Position numbers and translations under genes: made by a program. Below, one piece after another: positions 26,518 through 37,566 of a DNA stretch of 64,000 nt; the stretch's first letter is position 1; every line of letters begins with the position of its first letter. Under the pieces are notes generated by a model that searched no databases, was not told the origin of the DNA, and worked only from the letters and a program-made list of their open reading frames with translations. The stretch covers positions 186,001 through 250,000 of the forward strand of contig AP026139.1 of the NCBI GenBank assembly GCA_030295235.1, given 5' to 3'. This DNA comes from Fistulifera solaris (lineage: Eukaryota).

Positions 26518-27519
26518 GACAGCTTGTTGTTTGCTAAATGAAAAGAGAATTCCCAGTCGCCCGAACGCTTTATTGCAGCAATCCGATGCGATGAACGCAG
26601 TGCTACCGCTCTTTGGTCGCTCATCTCTCATTACCTTCCAACATCGATCTTGATGGATGAAAAGTGCGGCTTTCACCTCAATCCGAATGGTAACCTGACG
26701 TGTTGCGCATCGAATCGATTCTTTTAAGAAACTGCACCGTCAAGAATAATTTCGGTACTACACTCCAGATGACCACGCATGTCGAAGAATGTCGGCCGAA
26801 CACGAAGAAGAAATAGCTGGCAGCTGCAGGACTTGCGATCGTTGCCAACTGCCAACTCAGTTTTCCCTCTTAGGGTATCTTATTAAAACTCATAGGCAAA
26901 GTGCAGTACTTTGTAGTAGTAAGTAGAAAGTTGTCGAACGAAGAACAGTGTATGCAATAGGAAGTAGGGAAGAGATGCGTCTCCGACTTCCCGATGCCTC
27001 TCCGGCCTCCGGCGTATCGCGACATTGGGTTCTCAGCTACAATAAGGCTAGAACTTATTGAGGACGTAACGCATTTGAATATTTATTCCTAATTTCCTTT
27101 TGTATTCGTCGCTAGCTTGGTGGCTAGGGCGACCAAGACAAAATTGACAGCCGCACAGCCCACGATCGACCCAAGAGGAATATCTAAATTAACCTGAAAC
27201 TCAGATATTTCTAAACATCACTGCTACTCTTAAGTTTCTATTGTTTCCCACCTGCCTATAGTTTTACTCGCGACATCTCTAACTTTAGATGTTTCGTATC
27301 TGTTGTCGTTTATAGCCACATCAATGAAGCAGCTGCTTTCGCAGAAAGTCTAAATTGAAACAAGACTTTATACTGTATGAGTGTTGAGGCTATATGATAT
27401 CTACAATGTTTACAAGGTCGACCGCCAATTTTGTACAAGCGTCCTCGGTATTTACAAGAGAACCAGAACGGCGAAGTGATCCATAGCCTCTTTTCGATGA
27501 TTGTCATGAACGAAGTGAA

Positions 27520-27867
27520 TTAAACAACAGAGTAATGATGGGTCAATTTAGAAAGGTCTCTGTACATGGACTTCGAGCGTACCATTCCGGTGCGAGTCGT
27601 TTTTCTCCGCTTGCAAGGAGACACCATAAGTTCAAACGAAGACAGATCCGATGTGTAATCAGATTCGTCATCATCCCAAGAGATCTCGGGAAAATTACAA
27701 GCGGGCTTTGAGGGTTTGTACATCAGATCTATCGAATCCGATGACATGAACGCCTGGAACAAGCTAAAGCTATTGCTGTCGTTCTGCCTGTTTCTCAGCA
27801 ACCCCTTTACTGGCGTCCTGGACAGCGGCGTTGCACCATGATGTGCAAATGCTGTGGCGTGATCCAT
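27520..27867 (-). CDS. Small Ser-rich hypothetical protein with FPxIxW and MVRSKS motifs
   Basis: Open frame with probable ATG at 27867 (MDHATAF). Motifs FPEISWDDDES and MVRSKSMYRDLS. Confidence 0.6.
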   Translation of the reverse strand: MDHATAFAHHGATPLSRTPVKGLLRNRQNDSNSFSLFQAFMSSDSIDLMYKPSKPACNFPEISWDDDESDYTSDLSSFELMVSPCKRRKTTRTGMVRSKSMYRDLSKLTHHYSVV

Positions 27868-29052
27868 AGTGAGATGCAAGGTGAAATTTGGTGAAAGCTT
27901 AGATTTGTGTCTTGGGAAAAACAAAATCAATCTTGGACCAAACAAGAGCTGTTCTCTCTCGTTCTTTCCCTTGCTAAAGCTCGATGGATTCGTCGAAATT
28001 TGCGAGTAAGAAGGTGAGCAAGGAGCATGAGTGAAATGCGAATGAGAAGCACCTTGTTTGCTTTTTTTGAAACGTCAGCTCCGATTTCACGAAACCGAAG
28101 AGGGGCTTATTGAACGAAGATGAAGACATGTTCTACCGACTAAAGTTTTTCTTCCTTACTATTAAAAAATGACGAATGTTTTCTTGTTCTGCGTTCTCCG
28201 TAAAAAGTCAAAATTCTGTTTCGGTAAAATATATCTGCGACTTCAAGGTGCACAAGAAGGCGTAGAATAGTTTAATTCTGTAGAATTGTGTACCGAGTAC
28301 CGAGCAAACAAATCGGAACTCAGAACTCAGAACACTGAAGTTTTGTTGTTCTTTCGCGCAACACGAACTTTTCGCTTGGTACTCCTTTGCCTTAGCTTCA
28401 ACTTCAACCTACAATTACATTACGCATTACGCAGTAGCGCGTAGCGCATTGCGCATTGCGCAAGACGCAAAACAGGTACCAGTAAGCGGATAGCGGATTG
28501 CGGGTTGTGACTTTGTGACACGTTGTTGGTTGTTTGTACCGGGGAAGGACGTTAAAATTCTGCCTCCCAGTACAAGATTCTACGTAGCGTTCACGACGAG
28601 GCAGAATTTTAACGCCGTTTCCGGTACCGGTACCTGGTACCTTGTAGCTTGTAGATGTGTGAAAACGGGTGTGACTATGTAAAGGATTAATTTTACTAAA
28701 AGATTGGGTACGTACGGTACCGATGCGCACATGAGTGAGAAACGAGCTGCGATGGTCATGAATTGTTTGATCGCGCGAGAGAAAAGATTGAGAAAAGGGA
28801 GAAGCTTTCAAGGTCGTTTTGCAGTTAGCCATGCAATCTGGACTTGGCGTTACATCAGAGAGGATGGATCACTGCCGAAACCAATTGAGACGATCTTATT
28901 GAAGCACGAAAGCTAGAATAATCGATATTCTGTCAAATCGGGCTACCGGTCCTTCACAGGTACAGTCATCAAAATAGTTTGTAAATTAGAGATATGATAC
29001 TAGAACCATTCTTTCGGCCGTATTCTATTATTTATTCATTATTCCACACTAT

Positions 29053-30487
29053 TCATTGAGACGCTCGCGTCGGCGGTCGACGTAGCGCCGTGACTGCTAT
29101 CGATATGTCATCACGATAGCGTCCTTGCTTGGCTTGCTGCCAGGCTTGAGCGGCTGCGAATACTAAATGTTCACAAGCGGATATAGGATGCACACCCGTG
29201 GCCTCAAAAAGAGAGTGAGCCAGTATTTTGGCGATATCCCCTTCATCTAAGTAATCCATCATTCCATCTGTGGCACTGATAGCAAAGATATAAACATCAT
29301 CTTCCTCGTGCGATCCGACCCAACCGTCATTTTCGACTTGATATCCTTCCATTTCCGTCGCCACGATCGTCGGGATATCCAATACGTGCACAATTGGATC
29401 CGGTATGACACCCATCTTCCCCGCCGCCCAATCCCCAATCGAACGACTCATGGCCAAACCCGTCGGTGCCATCGTTTCCGGATCCTGATACACCACCCGA
29501 CTGGTACCCCGTATCGGAATATACACTTGACCTCCCGCCGCTTCGACGCGGGCTTTTTCTTCCGGCAAATTGGGTTTGTCTTCACGGGTCATGTACACAA
29601 TTTCACAGCGCATCGTCGAAGGACGATACGCCACAATGAAACTCCTTGAATCGCCCGCATTGGCCACGTATATTTTGGACCCTTGTCGGAGGACCACCGT
29701 GGCGGTGCAACGCCCCGATGGGTCGGCGGGTACGCGTTGATCCAGTTCAATGAACGTTTCGGACAACACGTTGGCCGTTTTTCCATAATATCCTCGGATG
29801 AGGAACAGTGGTCTAATGCGTTCCGCAATTTGGTCGCGAGTAACGGAGGTAGTTCGGTCGCAGCAAATTCCGACACCTGTTCTCCTCGCGGAGCATGACC
29901 ATCAAAGACTCCCATGAGTATTCGTTCTTGTTGAATGGCCGTATTCGACGAGGATGATTCTTTCGTGATATAGTAAGGTGATACAATGACGGCACGATCT
30001 TGATTGATTTGATCGGTGAGTTGGCCTCCTTTGTAGCCAATCAAGGTCAAAGTCACGGCATCGGTCGCGATGGATTCTTGCAAAACACCAACCGAATGTC
30101 GATCCGCATGGATTCGTTTCGTATCACGAATCTTTGCAAGGCCAATTTGACGGCATCATAATTATAATGCACATCGTGGGGCGTTTTGGGGCAGCCGTAA
30201 TAGGGACAGCGCGGATCGCGATTGGGTGGAGACGCGGCTTCCATCGAGGCGGTCGACGACATGGGCCGCGAACTCCATGCCGCAGCCGTTGTGAGTACAA
30301 TGAGAGGTGATATGAGTCGCATTTTGTTGTTGTTGTTATTGGTATTGTTGTTGTTGGTATTGCTAGTGTGGTTGTGACTCTGTTGGTGCGGAGAATTCGA
30401 TATTCGCAAGGCCAAGGCCGATCGTATCGAGCGTCGAGAATGGTAATATGGAAGATGTGATACTACGGAGCGACACTGTCGTAACAT
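29053..30487 (-). CDS. PP2C/PPM-family protein phosphatase (frameshifted), Arg/Ser-rich N-terminus resembling a mitochondrial presequence
   Basis: QINQDR, VFDGH, VANAGDSR, GLAMSRSIGD, SATDGMMD and DDIS are spread over ORFs 30053-30487, 29589-30083 and 29053-29769. Confidence 0.88.
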
Positions 30488-30895
30488 TGCGACAAATCTC
30501 GCTTTTGTTCCGTCCCCTTGACGAGAAGCAACAGCTGGAGGAGAAAAAAAATACTGAAAAAAAAACGAATGGTTCTCCGTCTTTGTAGGACACCGTCATG
30601 GTCGAAACGGAAGAAAACAAAAGCCGTTCCAAGCCACCGGCGACGAACCAAAAGCGAAGTTGCTGACACGTCGACACGTCGACACGTCACCCTTTCTTCT
30701 TTATGGCCTATACTAAGAAGGACGGACTCTCCGACTGGAGTACAAGTCATTCTCTCTGTGACATTCATCCAGCGAACTAGTAAAACGTTCGTTCAGTCAC
30801 GAGTTCCCAGTGTCGACGATGGCGATCTCGGAAGGAACTCCACAGGTTTCACAACACTACCTGGTAGGTACAAGGTTAGTAAGAAATAAAAGATC

Positions 30896-32082
30896 ATGTT
30901 CCCTTCTTCTTGTCATTACTTGGCGTTCTTCTTTTCCTCAGCGGTGTATCATGTCGTAACGAATCATCATCATCTCCCTCGTATTTACTTCTTCCACGAG
31001 ATTTGGCGTTTGATTCGACGACACGCCTTGCGCTCCAAAGTCTCCGTCAATCTCCCAACACGTCCTTTCTGTACTTGCAATCGTTATTTCCTCATCATTC
31101 TCTGTCCCAGAAGCAACCATACTGGAATCACACCGATTACGGAACATTGACATTGGTGGGAAACAAAGGAGGACATGTGTTGGAACAAATCAATCAAGAT
31201 CGGTCCTTGGTTTGGCTTTCCGAAACAAACATTCTATCCGGTGTCATGGATGGACACGGAACGGCCGGTCATTTCGTGGCGGAATACGTGCGACACGATT
31301 TGTTGCGGCGACTTTGGAATAAAACGAACGATATTGAACCATGGTTGCACGAGGTGTTTCTACAAACCGATCAAGCGATACCGGATGAACTGGCACATCA
31401 TGGTGGATGTACCTGTTCTTTGGTCTACCAAAGCGGTGAGCAAATCTATTTCGCCAATACCGGTGACTCGCAATCCTTCTTGGCGGCCGCCTATGGAGAC
31501 AACGAAATGCATGTGCAAATCATGTATGAAACGCGTTTGGATAAACCTGGTCATCCCGACGAGGCCCAACGGTTGCAGCATGCCGGGGCCCACGTGACTG
31601 GGGCAACCGAAGAAGACGATGCTCGTGTGTGGGCGACCGATCCGGCCACGGGACACACCAGTGGTTTGGCCATGAGTCGCGTCTTGGGAGATCGACACCA
31701 TACAGCGGTGATTGCGGATCCTTCCATTCAAGTCATTGATTTGAAGGCCATGAAAGAAAAGGTAATACAAGATTACAATTTGTATCGAACACAACAATGT
31801 CAACAAGTAACAATCCACGCGGATGGTTCCAGCGATCCTTGTCCTCTGGCGGAGAAACCGGAGGCGGTGCACTTTTTCGTGGTTTCGGCAACCGATGGTG
31901 TCATGGATTTCCTGGAACCTTTAGAAATAGCACAAACTATGGCTGGTTATTTGTATGGAAACCAAGGGCATCCTTATTTGGGTATGGAAGATCTTTTGTG
32001 GCGATCGACACATCTGTGGCAACAACACGGCCAATACCGAGATGATATGGCCATTGCTTATGCGAAAACAGCGCAAGTATAG
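30896..32082 (+). CDS. PP2C/PPM-family protein phosphatase with signal-peptide-like N-terminus
   Basis: QINQDR, VMDGHG, ANTGDS, GLAMSRVLGD, SATDGVMD and DDMAI. The ATG at 30896 needs a 1-nt correction to join the long frame. Confidence 0.9.
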
Positions 32083-32663
32083 TCAATATTATTTGTTTCG
32101 CGAAGTCAATGCCGATGCCGATGCCGATGCCGATGCTTTCCTTTTGAAGTACAAAATTAAAGTAGGTATGCATCGGTGTTGTTGATAGATTTATTATACG
32201 AATGGAAAGGCGCCATTTGCTTCCGAAACGTGAAAAATGACTATGATGCAAATAGTAGGCAACCTTTTGCGCGACTCACCTGATTGTCAGTCCCGCTTTT
32301 TGTTGAGACAATTCACTTCAATGCAATAAAACAGAACAAGAACCTTTTTCAACCCATGGATGCCCGAGCTCTCCCATTATGAAAGGTGTTGTTGATCGGT
32401 GGATGTTCTCGACGATTTGAGAGGGTTGATTTGCTTTACTGGCTGACGCAACCATCGATGATTTTACAATATTGCAAATAGTAGGCGACGCTCGTCCTCG
32501 AGACTCAACTGACTTTCAGTCCCAACCATTGTTGCGCGTTTTTATGCGACACGGTAAATACTCCGGAGTAATCTGCATGTCCACTCGTATTATCTTGATG
32601 ATGATTCAATCCTTCGTGCGCTTTCATTTCTTTTTATATAAATAACAAAATAATAATATCACA

Positions 32664-33419
32664 ATGGGAGGAGACGGCGGAGTGATTGCATCTAATCGAC
32701 GCTACATGCGCGGCGCCGGAACGGCCGAACACAAAGAACACCGCGACGAAGCGCTCGAACGCGAAGAGATGGCGAGGACGATGCAAGTGTGTGCGGCATC
32801 AAGTCAACCGTTGCAATTTTCGAGAAACACCATTGTGACGTGTCCTTATGGAAATTTGTATCACAAAGAAGCTGCCGTGGAGGCATTGTTGCGTCGGAAA
32901 CAAGAAGACGCGGTTCTCGGAGATCACATTCGTGGTTTGAAGGATTTGCACGAAGTTCGTTTTCATATCATGACATCGACGGATGGTGCGATTCTTCCGA
33001 CATGTCCGATTACGGGACGAGAATTGAATGGAAACATACCCGCCGTAGCTTTGATTCCGGGAAGGCCGGGACAGTGCAATGTTGTCAGTGAACGGGGCAT
33101 GCAAGAAATGGGAGACGATTTTGTCATCGAATACGGACCAGTGGAAGATAAAATACGATTGGCTCCGCCCTTGGATATCCTCGCAGAAATCAAAGCGAAA
33201 TTAGAAGAGAAAAGGGCCAAGAAATCCAAGAAAAAGCGGAAAGAGCAAAGCCATGAGGCAGACCGCCTTTCCAAGAAATCAGCCACGAATGTGACGGCTG
33301 TTGCTCGAGATAAAGTGAATGATGCTTTCCGCGAAAATACTGTTTTCTCAAGTCTCTTTTCTCGAGATGGTGTGGCAGTCTCAGATAAAGACAAGAAGGA
33401 TAACTTGTTTGCCCGATGA
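32664..33419 (+). CDS. RTF2: Replication termination factor 2 (Rtf2 RING-like) homolog
   Basis: N-terminal MGGDGG, GNLYHKEAAVEALL, HIRGLKDL, CPITGRELNG, a Lys-rich region, and the C-terminal SLF...NLF pattern typical of Rtf2. Confidence 0.85.
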   Translation: MGGDGGVIASNRRYMRGAGTAEHKEHRDEALEREEMARTMQVCAASSQPLQFSRNTIVTCPYGNLYHKEAAVEALLRRKQEDAVLGDHIRGLKDLHEVRFHIMTSTDGAILPTCPITGRELNGNIPAVALIPGRPGQCNVVSERGMQEMGDDFVIEYGPVEDKIRLAPPLDILAEIKAKLEEKRAKKSKKKRKEQSHEADRLSKKSATNVTAVARDKVNDAFRENTVFSSLFSRDGVAVSDKDKKDNLFAR

Positions 33420-33836
33420 GGGAAGTTGTTTTTCATTTGTGCTATGCGTCGAAGCGATCGTGCTAGGAGTCGATAAAGTTCATTTGTCGAGGCAGGCAGT
33501 AGGAACTATCCCCATGTTTGATGATGAAATTGAGTTGAGCTAAAGTTGGTCGAAACTGCTCGAGAGAGCGACGCTCATGATGTTCTGGATATTGTGGCAT
33601 TCACTAAGGTTACAAGTTACGAAACGATGCTTTGCGGATAATAGTGAATGAATTTATTCCCGAGTAAATCGGGCTAGACCGGACGAGATTCACACTTGTG
33701 CAACGAAGAAGAATCTTCGAGAGGAAAAACGTCTTTGCAGAATCGCACGCCGACATTGCCCCCGATACATCACTATTACGTAATTATGGAAAGAGTTGCC
33801 AAAGATTCTTTTGCGACAGATTCATTGCAACTTCCT

Positions 33837-35557
33837 ATGACTTTACAATCGAACGAAAATTGGCTGTTGATTTTTTATTTCTCGCGTTTGACAACACCAT
33901 CTTTTCTCCACAACGATGGTTCTTTCAACATCAACAAATCGTCGTGTCGATCGCATCGCTTTTGGTTCCTGCAATCGCCAAGATCGACAGAACAATTTTT
34001 GGCCCATCATTGAAGCCAGAAAGCCCGTGGCGTTTATCTGGGGCGGAGATGCCATCTACGCCGGTAAGTCCAAGCGACACTTTTCCTCTTAATGTGGGGA
34101 ACAAACCAGGATCTGTTTTACTCATGGATGAACGGCGTACTTTCAACAGATTACAAAGCACCAACCGATTGGTCGTCTTTCCCACCAACGAAACAACACA
34201 TATGCGGGACCCCTGCTCGCCTCGAAGAATTGTATCAAAAACAACTATCCAATCCCGGTTATCAGCATCTTATAGAAAGTAACGTGACCATATTTGGGGC
34301 ATTCGATGATCACGATTACGGATGTGACAATGGTGACGCTACATACGCCTATCGCAGAGAGAGCGCCGTGGCGTTTGTCAACTTTTGGGCGAGCCTTACG
34401 AATCCGCAATGTCCCGTCGTGCCCGAGCGGGAGCTGGCGTGTATGGAGTCAAGTTGTTTGATTTTGCGCGACCCTCTGGGAAAACGGAAGTCCACGAGGT
34501 CGAAGCAGGAATTGATCCAGATGTGATGTATTTGGCGGGCGAAATTCCTTTTGACACCTATTCGAACCAATCTGTAGCAGTGTTCGTGTTAGACATTCGA
34601 TCTCACAAGACTCCTTGGAAGACTGGATCAGCGGCGTACCTTCCCGACTATGAAGGTGATTTTTTGGGTGAACAACAATGGCAATGGCTGGAAGCGGCGC
34701 TTCGACGATCACAAGCATCGGTCAACGTGATTCTTAGTGGTGTACAAGTCCATTCCAACAAGTTTCCCGACGGAAATATCGCCGAGGCTTGGGGAAAGTA
34801 TCCGAAAGCACAGCAACGCTTGTTTAATGCTTTATTACAGGAGGGAGTTCAGGCTCCTGTCCTTGTAAGTGGTGACGTGCATATGACACAACTTTCAAAG
34901 AAAGATTGTGCGCGAAGGGACAGTGTAGATCGTCACATTTCGTTGAGACCTTTGATTGAAATGACGACGAGTGGCATGACACATTCGTGGGGTACAGTCC
35001 CAAGTCGTCCTCTTGACGAACCAGACTACCAGTCGAGTCTGTTTGTTCGTTACAAAGCCCAAGTAGGCAGTCTGTTGATGCACGCTTTGCACAACCTTTG
35101 TTCTTGGAAGGATGTGATGACTTTTCCCAATTCAAAAGGAAAGGATGAATTTCAATATAGCTTGGAAAAGAACGTTGGGGAATTGGAGTTTGATTGGGAC
35201 GATAGAACAATCATCATGCGGACACTGGGAGAAGACAGTGTTCCGCTCGTCCAAGCCAAACTTGAAATGGACACATTATCGGGTCACACTTCGACGCGAA
35301 ATTCGTTTCTATCCAAGAAAGATTTTATTGAAGAGACAAAAGCCATGCATCCTTCTATTCATAGCGATTGGGTCTGCATCAATTACCGAGGCCGCGAGAA
35401 CAATCTAGCGAATATGGCTGGACATGTCGCGACGGGCTTTGTGTTGGTGACCCTTACTCCCCTTCCATGCATTGTCCCCTTCTTTTGCATTATATTAGCG
35501 TTGTTCTATCGGGGACCCTCCCGATATAGAAGGCAATCGAAGTTACTGATTCAGTGA
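33837..35557 (+). CDS. phoD: PhoD-like alkaline phosphatase / phosphodiesterase with C-terminal transmembrane helix
   Basis: RIAFGSCN, FIWGGDAIYAD (split by intron 34064-34149), FDDHDYG, LDIRS, LGEQQWQWLE and SGDVH. One frameshift near 34385. The start is approximate because of indels in the N-terminal hydrophobic region. Confidence 0.88.
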
Positions 35558-35672
35558 TGTCCTAGTGAAAGAATCGTGATCTTTCGCTTAGTTGCTAGTT
35601 CTAGCAGCCGCATCCCATTTTTTATTACTTAACAAACGGTTAACCTTCCACTGATTATATTTCTTCTGCCGT

Positions 35673-36907
35673 TTAGAAACCTTGCCAAATCTCATCATAC
35701 TCGGGCAACCCCATGGTACGACTCCAGGGACAACCATCATCGACGGATTCATAGACGCCCTTCAACACAATAGGGGCAGTCGCGCGTAGTTCCTTCGTTG
35801 GATCGGATGCTGGCACTTTTGCAAAAGAGTCTTGGCCCAGGATACCTCCAAAGGAAAGGGACGCGCGGCTCCTGTCCCACCCTCTCGTACGCGAATGTCT
35901 TTCCAAAACGCCAACATGAGCGTGACGCGGCGTCCGGCAGCCGTGCCTTTGCCGGGGACCACACCGTGCAAGACCTTCCCATCCATGACCAACAATTGAT
36001 TCGATTTTGCGGGACACAACCACGCGGTTTCGGCCAAAGCGCGACTTGAAACACGTTGTTGTGTCACGACGGAAGGTCCTCCACACGGAGCATCGAGATA
36101 CAATATACAGGTAATGATGGGGTGCTTGACGACTCCACCACAGCCTTCATTATCGGTATCAAAATGGAATTGATGTCCACTCGCGTGCGGTCGATTGTGT
36201 GCCCACAATTCGACCGCTGTCGCTTGTTGAATTGATGACTTGAGTCGGGCACTCGTCGACTGCAACGAACGCAAGAGATTCCCGAGACAGGTTGTCTCGT
36301 CGATCGCATTATCCAGAGGGACGATAAAACTATAGTACGGACTGGGTGGTTCGACGCTGTAGTTGTGATGCACCCAGTAGTCTGCCCCGGGATCCATAAA
36401 CGCGTCTCGGAGAATTTTCAGTGTCAAAGAGTCTAAATACTCGTCGTAAATCTGACATGGTGGATTCTGGGGGCTTTCGAGCGGCGATGATGTTGGGTAG
36501 TCGAGAATGGAATGGGCCAGACGACACTTGTATCCCAGTGCTTTTAAGACAGCATCAGCTTGTTTGATTCTACCCGATTGAATATAGAGCATTGCCAAGC
36601 GTTCGCCTGCGGTAATTATTGTATCATTTGAGAGATCCTTCACGTCGTTGGCTTCCCAAATTCCTCGATACGAATCTTCCACTTCTTGTAAATTGCAGTT
36701 GTCGCTCAGCCATCTAGAACGAGCATCACAGCAGACGGCTTCTTGTTTCGTTAAAGAATTTCTTTGAACCTGTTGCATGGATTTGTTTCGAACTAGGTAA
36801 AGAAAGGTATCCACCGTAAAGACAAGAAAGAGCGGAAAAATTGTGGCTCTCGCGATCTTGGCGATTGGTGAACGTGACGCGATGCGCGAGACTCTGTCTC
36901 AAATCAT
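35673..36907 (-). CDS. 2OG-Fe(II) oxygenase-like protein
   Basis: ELWAH..HQFHFD (HxD), CILYL, LHGV and RVTLMLAFW. A frameshift near 35800 leads into ...LPEYDEIWQGF. Start uncertain. Confidence 0.65.
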
Positions 36908-37566
36908 GACTGAGTCCAGTCGTGACGAAATCCGCTACATTTTATGACTAGAGAAAAGTAGTAGCAAGTCTATTCTATTCTCTACGGAGTATTACGCATT
37001 TTTTTATCGTAGCTGACAGTTCAAACGTCGTTCTTTTGGTGAAGCCACCATGAAAACTAGTGCTACGGACGAATAGTAAATGAACATGGGCTTCCACTTG
37101 ACGTTTCCTTCGTGGCCCACCTTTTTGCATTATAGCTTCAGAATCTCCCTGCCTCATCTGAATACAAAGTAGTCGTGTGACTTTCCTTGATGGTCATTCC
37201 GAAAATTTGTTTTGCAGATTCTGCTCCAAGGCCGCTTTTCCCAGTCGAATTCAGAGCCTCGCTTAATGGCAATTTCGATTCTTGACTACGCACTCGTGAC
37301 GAAAGAGCGGCTCATAGATATAGCGGAACGAAGTTCTAGATCTACATTAAGGGATAGAGTAAATTATCGCCACGACACTGCTCGGTGCTCGGTGCGCGGT
37401 GGAACCCACCAGATGTTCTCGTCGTCGGAACGAGCTTTTTTCTTTTTTCGAGAGTGAACACAAATGCCATGACAAAGAGAGTATGCAATCCCATTTCTGT
37501 GACCTCTTTCATCCCATTTTTCCCTTTCTTTGCTTTAATCCCTTTCAATACTCGATCCTATTCTGC

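Noticed and set aside
28416..28465. Short imperfect 7-mer repeats (ATTACGC/GTAGCGC/ATTGCGC); also (GCCGAT)4 near 32111 and (AAC)n at 56111
   Set aside because: Ordinary simple-sequence repeats with no further structure.
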